IMG/VR virus record: IMGVR_UViG_3300038454_000106
Span: 1-64,000 of that record
From: a virus
Direction: 5' to 3' (one strand)
Length of the DNA stretch: 64,000 bases
Shown: positions 19,006-29,139 of the stretch, one piece after another
Position numbering within the stretch: position 1 is the stretch's first letter
Layout: each line of letters starts with the position of its first letter
Translations under genes and position numbers: made by a program
The notes under the pieces: generated by a model
Database searches by the model: none
Told to the model about the DNA's origin: nothing
Seen by the model: only the letters and a program-made list of their open reading frames with translations

Positions 19006-19305
19006 CTAGCCGTTCATGTCGACCGGCTCATAGGGCACTGTCTCGGGTGGGCCGATCTCGAACTCGCCTGCCATCATCCGGCGCTCGAGATCCTTCGCCG
19101 CCGATTGCATGGCCTGCATGATCATGTTGTAACCGTGGGCAAATCCTGCTCGCCAGCCCTGCTCGATCGGGGCGCCGCCGGTCTGCAACTCCTTGTCCAG
19201 AATGACCCGAAGGAGTTGAGACACCGTGAGTCCGTACTCCGAGGCACGCATCTTGACCACCCTGGCCTGCTCGTCGGTCCACCAGATGGTGACTCGCTGG
19301 GGCAT
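19006..19305 (-). CDS. Ribbon-helix-helix regulator
   Basis: RVTIWWTDEQARVVKMRASEYGLTVSQLLRVIL. Confidence 0.7.
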   Translation of the reverse strand: MPQRVTIWWTDEQARVVKMRASEYGLTVSQLLRVILDKELQTGGAPIEQGWRAGFAHGYNMIMQAMQSAAKDLERRMMAGEFEIGPPETVPYEPVDMNG

Positions 19306-19385
19306 GAGCCAAGCTACCCGATTCCTGAGCAGCGCTGCAAGTCAACGTATGCAACTGGATGCAGACCTTGTGTTAGGGTCATGGC

Positions 19386-20009
19386 ATGTACGCCCAAGGG
19401 CGGGACTTCAACTGCAAGGGAGCCTCTTGCTACGGCATTGGGCCGATCCCGGCAACGGTGCTCACGCAGCTCCAGCAGGCCACGAACGCGGCGCTGGTGA
19501 CGCTCAAGATTCCGATCAAGCCCGTCAAGGTTGATGGCCTGATCGGCCCCGCGACCGTCGCTGCCATCGTCGAGATCGCGAAGCGGGCACCTGGCACCTT
19601 CCTGGTCCTGGTGCAGCGGATGCCGACTCCCATCGTCGCGTCCCAGTACGCCTCCGAGCTGGTCGGCGAGCTGGCCGCGATCACACCCCTCGCTGGGACG
19701 CGCCCACCCGCGGCGCCTGGCCTTCCAGTCTCGGCGCCCGGAGTTCCGGTCCAAATTCCGCAGTCGACGGCGCCGCAGTCGCAGGCACCTACGGTCGTGA
19801 CGCCGACACCATTCATGCCGGTAGGGACCGCTACGGCTGTAGGGACTGCGGCAACGGCAGCCGCCGCAGCGGCTGACGCTGCACCTCCTCCTCGAGATTA
19901 CGGGAAGTACTGGATCGCAGCGGGTGCGGCCTTCGTGATCGCGACCGTGATCGCAGTGAGCGTCTACACGCGAGCCCGGCTCCGCGAGTCTGGGGCGCAG
20001 CCTGGCTAG
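19386..20009 (+). CDS. Peptidoglycan-binding-like domain plus Pro-rich linker and C-terminal TM
   Basis: LQQA...VDGLIGPATVAAI; YWIAAGAAFVIATVIAVSVY. Confidence 0.7.
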   Translation: MYAQGRDFNCKGASCYGIGPIPATVLTQLQQATNAALVTLKIPIKPVKVDGLIGPATVAAIVEIAKRAPGTFLVLVQRMPTPIVASQYASELVGELAAITPLAGTRPPAAPGLPVSAPGVPVQIPQSTAPQSQAPTVVTPTPFMPVGTATAVGTAATAAAAAADAAPPPRDYGKYWIAAGAAFVIATVIAVSVYTRARLRESGAQPG

Positions 20010-20222
20010 CCGTAAGAGGACGCGTCCATCGGGGCCACGGCTCCTTGCATGCGCTCGATCTCTTCGCGCTTGGCGCCGTCCAGGATGCCACTGCCACGCA
20101 TCGGTACGTGGGCGAAGAGCCTGCGCGTGCGTGCTCGCGCCGTCGGTTTGTCGCTCGTGCGGCGCCCCGTGAGGGACTGCCGGTGCATGCGACTCCACAT
20201 GACCCGTCGCCTCCCGAGGTGA

Positions 20223-20807
20223 GTGATGGCCGGAACGCTGATCCAGATCCTCAACGTCACGGTGCCCGCCGCGGGCTCCATCGTCGCCGCGCACACCCTC
20301 AACGTCAACGGGACGGCTGTCAAGCCCGACGTGGTGCAGGTCGATCGACTGGGTAGTGGCCTCGACGTCAATCCTGCCAATGTCACCACGACGACGATCC
20401 AGGTCGACAACCCAACGGCCGCGCCGATCACAGCGAACATCCTCCTCACGGCCTGGCACACGATCGTGCGCCAGTTTGGCAATGGTGCGAGCGGCGCGTT
20501 CCAGAGCCTAGTGCCCCAGCCCTTCGTGGCCACCGGCGGTGGTGGCGGTGGCACCTCCGGTAACCCGGAGGCCTTCGTCTACATCGCGACCGGGCTCGAG
20601 GGCAGTGATTTCTTTGTGCCACTGCCCGCTGCCCGCGCGAATGACAACTACGCTGTCTTCGCGCAGGGCGACGGCGAAACCAACATCCTTGGTTTCGATT
20701 GCCCGAATCTGTTGCCCGCCGACCGCACGACCTTGCAATTTCGCGTGGTGTCGACTGCGGCCGTGACGGCCGCCGATCGCATCGCGTTCTTCCTCTTCAA
20801 CTTCTGA
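20223..20807 (+). CDS. Putative virion structural/fibre protein
   Basis: Beta-rich T/V/N/A composition; heads the operon with the spike genes. Confidence 0.6.
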   Translation: MMAGTLIQILNVTVPAAGSIVAAHTLNVNGTAVKPDVVQVDRLGSGLDVNPANVTTTTIQVDNPTAAPITANILLTAWHTIVRQFGNGASGAFQSLVPQPFVATGGGGGGTSGNPEAFVYIATGLEGSDFFVPLPAARANDNYAVFAQGDGETNILGFDCPNLLPADRTTLQFRVVSTAAVTAADRIAFFLFNF

Positions 20808-20814
20808 GACCATC

Positions 20815-22947
20815 ATGTCCAAAGTCTTCGCCGCCGACGAGATCAGGCTCAACCTGGTCAACATCCTGGACGGGGCCGCGGACCCGACGGTGGGTCCGGG
20901 CGTCGCCCGTCCGATCGGTAGCTTCTACACGCGTACCGCGGGCAGTCCTGGTCTCTACCAGAAGACTGGTGCACTGGCGACCGACTGGGAGAAGCTCTCG
21001 CAGTCGCTGGCGTGGCGCTCGATCTCGGACTTCGGCGCGATCGCCGACGGCGTGACCGACGCGACGGCTGCGATCCAGGCTGCCATCGCCGAGGTCGCCG
21101 CGCTTGGCGGTGGCGTCGTCTACGTCCCTCGGGGCACGTTCGCCATCACGCAGCTCACCATCACGGCGACGACCGGCGTCCAGGTGCTCGGCACAGGTCC
21201 GGACTCGGTGCTGCTCTGGACCTTCGATGCCGCGACCCTGGCGGCCTCGGCCGTCACGGTGACCGCCAACACCACGGCGATCCGCTTCGCGAACCTGCGT
21301 TTCGACGGCTCGGGTCTGACGAACCCGGCCGCCTCGCGAGAGAACCACCTGCTCCTCCTCAACGGCGCCGGCGGTGGCGTGCTCGAGACCCGTGTCGAGG
21401 AGTGCTGGTTCGGCGGCATGGTAGCCGCGAGCGGAGACGGCGTCCACGTCGTCGGCACGGCGGGCAATCTCGTCAATCGAGCCTGGATCCGTGACAACGT
21501 GTTCGATGGCTGCTCGCGCTACGGCATCGGCGTCGAGCAAGGCTGGCGCTCGGGCTGGATCATTGACAGCTACTTCACGAACAACGAGACCGACATCGGC
21601 ATCGTCGCGACCGCGAACGTCGCCACGCAGGGCGTCAACATCTCGAACAACGAGATCGTGCATACCGGCGCTGAGCGCCGCGCCGTCCGTCTCGAGGGTG
21701 ACGCGACGGGGCTTCTCACCTACTCGCTGTTCAGCAACAACCTCATCCTCGGCGGTTACCTCACGATCAGCAACGCGCAGTACCTGAACGTCTACGGCAA
21801 TCCGATCTTCTCGGGGACGTTTGTGTCGACCGACCCGGTGATCCGAGTCTTCGGCACGTACCTCGACAGCCTCATCATGGACAACGTGATCGATCGCCAG
21901 GGCGTAACCGCGGGTCCATGCCTTGGCGTCGAGCCCGTCGGTGCGGCAGTGCCCTCGCGCTTCCGCATCGGCAACAACGTGATGGTGCAGGAGGTCGCCT
22001 CCGCAAACTTCATGACGGTCGTCGACGCGACGCGCTTCTCGATCGGTGGCAACGTGTGTCGCGCGACCGACGCGGGTGCATCGACCATCTTCGCCATCGA
22101 CGCACAGGCGGTGACGGTCGCACTGGACGATGCGCTCATCGGGCCGGGCAATCAGGTGACGGCCGCCGCGGGCACGTTCGCCGCCGCGGTCCGCTTGCTC
22201 GCCAACGGCGCCAACGTGCTCGGTGTCTCGATCGTGAGCAATCTGGGAAACCAGATCGTCTATGGTGCTCAGTTTGAGGTCGGTGGCGGCGGTGGCAACT
22301 TCACCACCAACATCATCATGTTTGGTGGCAACGTGTGGAACGCTACCACCGATGACTTCAACAACGTTGGCACCACGGTGATCCCTCGAGTCGGCTTCAA
22401 CGCGGGCACAGCGGCGACGACGGGCGCGCAGTTGTTCACGGGCTCGGGGACGCCCGAGGGCGTGGTGACCGCACGCGTCGGCTCGATGTACCTGAACCGC
22501 ACGGGAGGTGCGGGGACAGCCGTCTGGTACAAGGAGACGGGTGGTGCTGCACTTGGCTGGGTTGCCATGGGCGGATCGGCGCTCGTCTTTGGCACCGGCG
22601 ACACGACGGTGGCCGCAACTGCGGTCTTCTTTGCGCCCGGCTATGGTGCCATAGCGACGGCGACTGAGATCCAGATGCCGATCACGCGCACCGGCACGAT
22701 CCGCAACCTGCGCGTTCAGGTCGCCACAGCGGGCACGACCGCAGAGACCGTCACCTTCACGGTTCGCATCGGTGGCGTTGACACGGCGATCACGACGACG
22801 ATCGACAACACGGCGACGGGCCTGGTCACCGATCTCGTCAACACCGCCGCGGTCGTCGCGGGCAACCTCGTGTCGATCAGCATCACGAAAACGGGCATCG
22901 TGGTCGCGGGTCAAGCCGACGTGATCGCGAGTCTGGAGCTGGTGTAG
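20815..22947 (+). CDS. Right-handed beta-helix (pectate-lyase-3-like) spike/depolymerase 1
   Basis: SISDFGAIADGVTDATAAIQAAI...GGGVVYVPRGTF; GN/NN ladders; GTPEGVVTARVGSMY. Confidence 0.85.
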   Translation: MSKVFAADEIRLNLVNILDGAADPTVGPGVARPIGSFYTRTAGSPGLYQKTGALATDWEKLSQSLAWRSISDFGAIADGVTDATAAIQAAIAEVAALGGGVVYVPRGTFAITQLTITATTGVQVLGTGPDSVLLWTFDAATLAASAVTVTANTTAIRFANLRFDGSGLTNPAASRENHLLLLNGAGGGVLETRVEECWFGGMVAASGDGVHVVGTAGNLVNRAWIRDNVFDGCSRYGIGVEQGWRSGWIIDSYFTNNETDIGIVATANVATQGVNISNNEIVHTGAERRAVRLEGDATGLLTYSLFSNNLILGGYLTISNAQYLNVYGNPIFSGTFVSTDPVIRVFGTYLDSLIMDNVIDRQGVTAGPCLGVEPVGAAVPSRFRIGNNVMVQEVASANFMTVVDATRFSIGGNVCRATDAGASTIFAIDAQAVTVALDDALIGPGNQVTAAAGTFAAAVRLLANGANVLGVSIVSNLGNQIVYGAQFEVGGGGGNFTTNIIMFGGNVWNATTDDFNNVGTTVIPRVGFNAGTAATTGAQLFTGSGTPEGVVTARVGSMYLNRTGGAGTAVWYKETGGAALGWVAMGGSALVFGTGDTTVAATAVFFAPGYGAIATATEIQMPITRTGTIRNLRVQVATAGTTAETVTFTVRIGGVDTAITTTIDNTATGLVTDLVNTAAVVAGNLVSISITKTGIVVAGQADVIASLELV

Positions 22948-22949
22948 TC

Positions 22950-25178
22950 ATGTCCAAGCCGTTCGCCACCGAGGAGTTTCGCAATCAGGTCGCATCGTGG
23001 CAGAACCGGACGGCCGATCCCAACGCAGGGCTCGGCACGTCGCGCGCTCTGGGCTCGGTCTGGGATCGCAGCGGCACGTTCCCGACGACACCGCTCGAGA
23101 CGTTCTTCAAGCTCAACGCCAACGATCAGGACTGGATTCGTGAGAACCTGGTCAACCTGCGCGTGTACAACGTCGTGCGCGACTTCGGCGCGGTCCCCGA
23201 CGGTGTCACTAGCTGTGTCACGCCGATCAACAATGCTGTTGCGGCAGCGCAAGCCGCTGGTGGCGGCATCATCTACTTCCCGCCAGCCGTCAACGGATAT
23301 GCCGTCTACACCCGTGCGCCGCAGCCGGGCATCATCACCGTCGAGAACTGCCAGAACATCCTATTCATGGGCGACGGCTACAACTCGTGGATCAAGGTGA
23401 CAGGAGATGCGCTGGCATCGTTCCTGGCGCTGTTCTACATCGTCACCTCGTCGCAGCGGATCGCGATCTACAACCTGCGATGCAACACGACCGGGCTTTT
23501 CAACTTCGCGGTGCAGACGCACTACGTGCAGATGTCGGTCGCCAACCCGCCCGTCATCAATCAGAGCCCGCATGACGTGCAGGTCTACAACTGCTGGTTC
23601 GATCCGATTCGCGGCGACCAGGTCCGTCTCCTCGGTGGCAATGGCGCCTTTGGCGCGGGCTTCGACGTGACTGGCTGCCGCGTGCTCTACAACACGTTCA
23701 ACATGGACGTCAACACGCGCACGGGGGTCAGCGTCCAGCGTGACGTGAATCAGGTCTCGGTGCTCTACAACTGGTTCACCGAGAACCTGCAGCAGCAGAT
23801 CGATTTCGAGCCTGCGGGCGGCGACGGTCCCGCCGAGTTCATCATCAACCACAACATTTTCGATCTGTTTCCCGCGTCGAACAACAACGCTTCCATCACG
23901 TTGTCCGGCGTCGATATCACCCACCCGAGCCAGCGCAATACCTGCTCGTTCAACCTCTTCTTGGAGGGCGGAACCATCGAGGGCGTCAATGTCGCCCAGC
24001 TCCAGATCGTCGGCAACGTCATGCAGGTGACCGAGGTGACCACGGGCCTCGCGGGCATCGAGCTGCGCAACCCGACGGATCTCATCATCGATAGCAACAT
24101 CCTCATCGTAGAGACTGTCATTCCGGCGGGTGGTGAGCGCGCGGCCCTTCTCATCTTCACCGATGCCCCGGGCGTGATCAATCGCGTCGAGGTGTCGAAC
24201 AACCTTCTCAAGGCCATCGCCACGACCGAGGGCAACGTTTGCCTCCAGCTCGAAAGCTCTCAGCAGTTGACGGCATCCGGCAACGTCTGCTTCCTTGACC
24301 AGGACACGATCGCGGTGGGCTCCACGGCGGGCATTCAGATCCGCAACGTCGACCAGATCGGACAGGACTGGGTCATCGTCGGCAACTTGGTGATCTGCAC
24401 GCGCGATCGTGTCAATGACGGCATCCAGATCGATACCGAGAACGGTCTCGACATTCACAATGTCGTCACGAATGACAACTACACGCGGAACACCCTGCAG
24501 GGCATTCGCTACATCTCCGCGGGCGGGGGGCTCTTCCTGGACTGGCGATCCTGCACGGGCAACAACGCGGTCGACTCGACGACGACGCTCATCACCCCAC
24601 CGACGCCGAGCAACGTCGGCGTGACCTGCAACGGCTCCGCGGCGCCGGCAGCGCAGATCACCACCTTCAACGTTGCGGGCAATCCGAACACACGTGTCAC
24701 GGCGCCAAATGGCTCGCTGTGCGCCAACACGCAAGGCGTCGCCGGCGCGGTGATCTTCACCAAGGATACCGGCACCGGAAATACCGGATGGGCCATCGTG
24801 GGACCCTCGGAGTTTGTCTTCGGCACGCTCGCCTCGAGCGCAGCGACCGCGGCGCGCTACCTCGCTCCTGGGGCTGGCCAGCTCATCGAGAGCACGACCG
24901 AGATCCAGATGGCGTTTCCACGCGCAGGTGTGATCCGCAACATGCGCATCGACTGCGATGCTGGCATCGGTGGCGGCACCAACACCTACACGCTCCGCAT
25001 CAATGGCGTGGCCAGCGCGCTCTCGATCGCGATCCTCAACACCGCGACCTCCGGTGGCCCAGATACCTCGCAGGTGGCGATCGCCGCGGGCGCGCTCGTC
25101 TCGATGCAAGTGACCAAGACGGTCGCCCCTGCGACCCCGCAGACCAACATCGTCGTGACCGTCGAGTTGACGGGATAG
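22950..25178 (+). CDS. Right-handed beta-helix spike/depolymerase 2 (paralog)
   Basis: NVVRDFGAVPDG...GGGIIYFP; shares N- and C-terminal modules with the previous gene. Confidence 0.85.
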   Translation: MSKPFATEEFRNQVASWQNRTADPNAGLGTSRALGSVWDRSGTFPTTPLETFFKLNANDQDWIRENLVNLRVYNVVRDFGAVPDGVTSCVTPINNAVAAAQAAGGGIIYFPPAVNGYAVYTRAPQPGIITVENCQNILFMGDGYNSWIKVTGDALASFLALFYIVTSSQRIAIYNLRCNTTGLFNFAVQTHYVQMSVANPPVINQSPHDVQVYNCWFDPIRGDQVRLLGGNGAFGAGFDVTGCRVLYNTFNMDVNTRTGVSVQRDVNQVSVLYNWFTENLQQQIDFEPAGGDGPAEFIINHNIFDLFPASNNNASITLSGVDITHPSQRNTCSFNLFLEGGTIEGVNVAQLQIVGNVMQVTEVTTGLAGIELRNPTDLIIDSNILIVETVIPAGGERAALLIFTDAPGVINRVEVSNNLLKAIATTEGNVCLQLESSQQLTASGNVCFLDQDTIAVGSTAGIQIRNVDQIGQDWVIVGNLVICTRDRVNDGIQIDTENGLDIHNVVTNDNYTRNTLQGIRYISAGGGLFLDWRSCTGNNAVDSTTTLITPPTPSNVGVTCNGSAAPAAQITTFNVAGNPNTRVTAPNGSLCANTQGVAGAVIFTKDTGTGNTGWAIVGPSEFVFGTLASSAATAARYLAPGAGQLIESTTEIQMAFPRAGVIRNMRIDCDAGIGGGTNTYTLRINGVASALSIAILNTATSGGPDTSQVAIAAGALVSMQVTKTVAPATPQTNIVVTVELTG

Positions 25179-25230
25179 GCTCGGAAAACCATGTCACCGT
25201 TGTCATCGCTGGCCACTACCTCGTGGCCTC

Positions 25231-25929
25231 ATGGCCACGGCGATCCTGGGGTGCATCATGGGTGCTCGTCTCCTCGTCTTTGGCGACTCGATGACCCACC
25301 GGGGTCCGGACGACGGACCCGAGCAAGCGGAGGTCTCTGCGGAACCAGCTCCTGGGGCCATGCCGGGCGATCTCCTGGCGAGCTTGCTCCTACAGCAGGG
25401 GCTGGCCTCCGCAGCTCGACTCGATGCACGCGTCGGTCGCTCGGCCTACAACTTCTGGCGCCGAGAGAAGGCGACCTCCCTCCTACAGAGTGACCTTGCC
25501 TGGGGACCGACGATCGCGATCGTGTTCCTCGGCACCAATGACATCGGGCTCAACATGGCCGTCGACCAGAAGTCGATGGACAACGTCCGCCAGTGGCTCG
25601 CCTCGGGTGGCGCTGAGGTTTGGGCCATCGGGCCACCGAGCTTCGCCAACGTGGACCGGCAGAAGGGCACCAGCGCCGTCGTGGCCATGATGCGCCGGGT
25701 GTTCGGGGTCCGGTTCCTCGACGCACGTCCGCTCACGGCAGATCTCACCCGGCAGGGAAGGGCGAGCGACCTGATCCACTTCAACGCGCAGGGCTCGAAG
25801 GTGTTCGCCGACCGGCTCGCCAACGCGTTCCTCAACGCGCGCCGTTGGTACCTCGTGAGGCAGCTTGGTACCGTCGCGGTGACCATGGCCGCTCCGCTCG
25901 TGGCCTACGCGTGGCAGTCACGGCCGTAG
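25231..25929 (+). CDS. SGNH/GDSL hydrolase with C-terminal anchor
   Basis: VFGDSMT, VGRS, LGTND, DLIHF. Confidence 0.85.
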   Translation: MATAILGCIMGARLLVFGDSMTHRGPDDGPEQAEVSAEPAPGAMPGDLLASLLLQQGLASAARLDARVGRSAYNFWRREKATSLLQSDLAWGPTIAIVFLGTNDIGLNMAVDQKSMDNVRQWLASGGAEVWAIGPPSFANVDRQKGTSAVVAMMRRVFGVRFLDARPLTADLTRQGRASDLIHFNAQGSKVFADRLANAFLNARRWYLVRQLGTVAVTMAAPLVAYAWQSRP

Positions 25930-26146
25930 ATCTGGTTCTCACGCTGCGACACGTTGACGATGTTTGCGTCTGGATGCTAGTTACCATCCATCCTCGCGGG
26001 GCCACGGGAGCCGCACTTTTTTGCCAAGCCAGCTCGTCAGTCGTGCTTTCCACGTCGACCCTTCCCATGCATGACAAGCGACTGCTCCTGTTGGCGGTTG
26101 GCGAGACGCCTGGGGAGCTGGCTTTGGCACCCTTTCAAGGTGAACT

Positions 26147-26665
26147 ATGATGGTGACGGGCAGTGAGATCAAGGAGGCGATCAATCGCTGGAAGCTGACG
26201 CTCGAGATGGTCGAGAAGCGATTCAAGCCATCCCTCATGGTCTTTCCAGGCGATGAGAAGGACCATCCGGACGAGCTAGCCCTTCAGATCATGACCGCCG
26301 AGTACGCGATCGCGCGGCTCCAGTACGCGCAGACGCTGTACAACAACCACGTCACGGTGGAGGTGGAGGGCGCCAAGATGTCGCTCGCTGAGGCCGTGCG
26401 TCTGGTGGGCAGCGCGGGCCGGATGAGCAAGCGGTGGCGTGAGGCCATCGTCGAGGAGCGGGATCGGTTCGGCCCGCGTGACGACCTCACGCGCAAGGCC
26501 GATGAGATCTACGCCCAGCGTGTTCTCGCCGCGGAAGAGGTGACGAAGCGTGCCAAGCGAGCGCTCAAGCGTGCGAGCGCGCTGCGCAACGCGATCGGTG
26601 GCGGCAACAACACGTCCGTCGCTGCGGCCGATATCCAGTTGGACCCCTCGCTTCTCGCGGAGTAG
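26147..26665 (+). CDS. DIP1984/DUF6847-like helical protein
   Basis: Helical pattern ...PGDEKDHPDEL...IARLQ..Q..YN...MSLAEAVR...ALRNAI...N. Confidence 0.55.
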   Translation: MMVTGSEIKEAINRWKLTLEMVEKRFKPSLMVFPGDEKDHPDELALQIMTAEYAIARLQYAQTLYNNHVTVEVEGAKMSLAEAVRLVGSAGRMSKRWREAIVEERDRFGPRDDLTRKADEIYAQRVLAAEEVTKRAKRALKRASALRNAIGGGNNTSVAAADIQLDPSLLAE

Positions 26666-26676
26666 GGGGGCCAGTG

Positions 26677-26868
26677 GGGGACGCGGGAGCGAATCTCCTC
26701 ATTACGGTCTAGCGACCGTGGAACTCGCCACCAAGTGCGAAGCCGTTCTCGTTCTGAGGACGTTGGCATGGCTTAGGCCATTGACCAGCCGAACCATCAA
26801 GAGCGCATTCGCTATCTGGGCAAGAGTCTGCTCTGTCCTGCTTCGCTTCCGTCGTCCCCTCTTTTTTT
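26677..26868 (+). ncRNA. Putative structured ncRNA (~190 nt) closed by a long terminal stem and T-tract
   Basis: GGGGACGCGGGAGCGAA (26677-93) pairs with TTCGCTTCCGTCGTCCCC (26842-59); internal hairpins ACGGTC/GACCGT, TCCTCA/TGAGGA, ATGGC/GCCAT; followed by T7. Confidence 0.55.
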
Positions 26869-26891
26869 CCAGTCCAAATAAGCAAGTCCAA

Positions 26892-28043
26892 ATGCGCGAT
26901 CGCTTCTTTGACTCTCTCCTCGATGACACCCATCGCCAGTTCTACGACTCGTGCCGGCGCTTCGCGGCCGAGCAGATCGCACCCTGCGCCAGCGATTGGG
27001 AAGAGAACGAGTCGTTCCCCCGCGATCTCTACGGGCGAGCGGCGGCGGCCGGCATCCTCGCGCCGCACCTGCCGAGCGAGTACGGCGGCGGTGGTGGCGA
27101 CGCCTTGCACGCGGTCCTGCAGGTCGAGGCGCTCATGCACGGAGGCAACGGCGGAGTCGTCGCCGGCCTAACCAGCCTAGCGATCGCCCTGCCGCCGATC
27201 CTCACACTCGGCGACGAATCCCAGCGTCGTCATTTCGTGCCGCCCGTCCTCGCCGGCGACAGGATCGCGGCGCTCGCGGTCACCGAACCGAGCACCGGAT
27301 CCGATGTTGCCGCATTGCGCACGCGCGCGGTCCGCCACGGAAACGACTACGTGCTCAACGGCGAGAAGGTGTTCATCACCAGCGGCGTTCGCGCCGACGT
27401 CGTCGCGGTCCTCGCTCGCACTAGTGACGCGCCGCACCGCGGCCTTACTTTCTTCGTCGTCGAGAAGGGCACGCCGGGATTCACTGTCTCGACGTCCTTG
27501 AAGAAGATGGGCTGGCGATCGAGCGATACCGCGCTCCTAGCGTTCGAAGATTGCGCCGTGCCGGCGGCCAACCGCCTCGGCGAGGAGGGCAGCGGCTTCG
27601 GGGCCGCGATGAGCAACTTCCAGATGGAGCGCCTGATCCTCGCTACCTTCGGACACGCTGGTGCCGAGGTCTCACTCGCCGAGGCCGAACGCTACGTTGG
27701 CGAGCGCTGGACGTTCGGCAGGCCCCTGAGCGAGCACCAGGTGATCCGGCACAAACTGGCCCGCATGGCGACGCTGGTGCGGGCGGCGAAGTGCTTCGAT
27801 TACCTCGTCGCCGACGCCATGCGCCGAGGCATCGACACCATCGAGGAGGTGAGCGAGGCCAAGAACTTTGCGAGCGAGGTCGGCCAAGAGGTCTGCTTCG
27901 AGGCCGTGCAGATATTCGGTGGCCTCGGCTACATGCGCGAGACCGCCGTTGAACGAATGTATCGCGATGTCCGACTCCTGTCGATCGGAGGCGGCACGTC
28001 GGAGATGATGAACGAAGTCATCGCAAAGAAGCGTCTATTGTGA
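26892..28043 (+). CDS. Acyl-CoA dehydrogenase
   Basis: ALAVTEPSTGSDV, LNGEKVFITSG, KKMGW, FQMERL, QIFGGLGYM, IGGGTSE. Confidence 0.95.
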   Translation: MRDRFFDSLLDDTHRQFYDSCRRFAAEQIAPCASDWEENESFPRDLYGRAAAAGILAPHLPSEYGGGGGDALHAVLQVEALMHGGNGGVVAGLTSLAIALPPILTLGDESQRRHFVPPVLAGDRIAALAVTEPSTGSDVAALRTRAVRHGNDYVLNGEKVFITSGVRADVVAVLARTSDAPHRGLTFFVVEKGTPGFTVSTSLKKMGWRSSDTALLAFEDCAVPAANRLGEEGSGFGAAMSNFQMERLILATFGHAGAEVSLAEAERYVGERWTFGRPLSEHQVIRHKLARMATLVRAAKCFDYLVADAMRRGIDTIEEVSEAKNFASEVGQEVCFEAVQIFGGLGYMRETAVERMYRDVRLLSIGGGTSEMMNEVIAKKRLL

Positions 28044-28327
28044 GGAGCGTCTCGATGAAGGATTGGAACGTAGGGGACGCACACGGCGACCCGATCGCCG
28101 CGGCACCCGCTGCGTATGCCGAGGTCTACGCTGCTCACCGACGACAACCGCTGTAGCGCCTACGCGGCACAGCCCACCGCATGCCGAACCCATCTCGTCG
28201 CATGAGCTGGGGTTCGCTGCGCTCTGGTACGCGCCAATAGCGGTGATGGTCCGGTGCTGGAGGTGCCGGAATCGTTGAGCGTGCATCTCGTCAAGGTCTC
28301 GCGTTCATAACGCCGTCTCGGAGCTGC

Positions 28328-28702
28328 ATGCTCGGTGGCATGTCCAGGCCCCGCACGTATCCACCCGACGTCGGCCGGCTCCTCGAGCTGGTCGTGATGC
28401 ATAGCCCCACCTGTGCGTGCGGAGAGGAGGCGCACGCGCGCCTCGCGCGCGATGTCATCGCAGCGCTCGATCTCGATCCGGTGTCCATCATCCTCGATGC
28501 ACCGGCTCGCACCGCGCTGGTGACCGTCCCAACGGTGTGGACAGTCTACGACCTCTTGCGGCTCTTCGGCTCCGTGCGGATGGTAGCGACTCGAGGCCGC
28601 TTGGGCGGCGAGTCCTTGCCCGTCGCCGACACGCTTGCCTGGCTCCGGATCCGCGATGACGAGGTCATCTTCCTGCGCTCGTTGGATGGGCTCGGCTTCT
28701 GA
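28328..28702 (+). CDS. Hypothetical protein (possible ubiquitin-like C-terminus)
   Basis: TVYDLL...DTLAWLRIRDDEVIFL is reminiscent of a beta-grasp fold. Confidence 0.4.
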   Translation: MLGGMSRPRTYPPDVGRLLELVVMHSPTCACGEEAHARLARDVIAALDLDPVSIILDAPARTALVTVPTVWTVYDLLRLFGSVRMVATRGRLGGESLPVADTLAWLRIRDDEVIFLRSLDGLGF

Positions 28703-29139
28703 GCCGAGGCCTCCGACGACTCGGGCGGCCCGGGACGACGGTATCCCCAGAAGCTACATGCATCGTCGGGGAGACTGTCGACGACATCTGGCAAGCACGA
28801 GAGGTCGGAAAGATCTTGGCCCAAGAGCCACGTGACGAAGGGCTCGAACATCGGACATACCCAGATCCGATGCCGGTTGAGTGACTCCTTCACGTGCGCG
28901 GCACGCTGTTCCCGATTCTCCTTGATGCGATATGATGGAAAGGCAAAGCGGCAGCCCTCGCCCGTGTATAGATCGTCGACCCAGATCGTTGCGCGGGGAT
29001 AGTTGCAGAACCTACGAAGCAGGTACTCAGGAGCGATCCGGCTCATGTAGTTGTACTCGTCGTGTTCAAACAGCCGGACCATGAACTTGCCATGGTTGAA
29101 CTGGCCGACGTCCGTGGCCTCGATGATCTTGCAGATCAC
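28546..29139 (-). CDS. Hypothetical phage protein
   Basis: Aromatic-rich natural ORF (NHGKF, HRIWVCPMFEPF). Confidence 0.65.
   Translation of the reverse strand: MICKIIEATDVGQFNHGKFMVRLFEHDEYNYMSRIAPEYLLRRFCNYPRATIWVDDLYTGEGCRFAFPSYRIKENREQRAAHVKESLNRHRIWVCPMFEPFVTWLLGQDLSDLSCLPDVVDSLPDDACSFWGYRRPGPPESSEASAQKPSPSNERRKMTSSSRIRSQASVSATGKDSPPKRPRVATIRTEPKSRKRS

Noticed and set aside
20797-25109. Long minus-strand ORFs (705 aa and 582 aa)
   Set aside because: Antisense shadows of the GC-rich spike genes, with R/D/H/V-biased composition
26677-26868. tRNA or known riboswitch
   Set aside because: No cloverleaf or T-loop and no riboswitch consensus I could recognise; kept as an unknown structured RNA
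26550-26891. N-terminal extension of the acyl-CoA dehydrogenase
   Set aside because: Overlaps the upstream gene and structured RNA; ACAD similarity starts at the ATG at 26892
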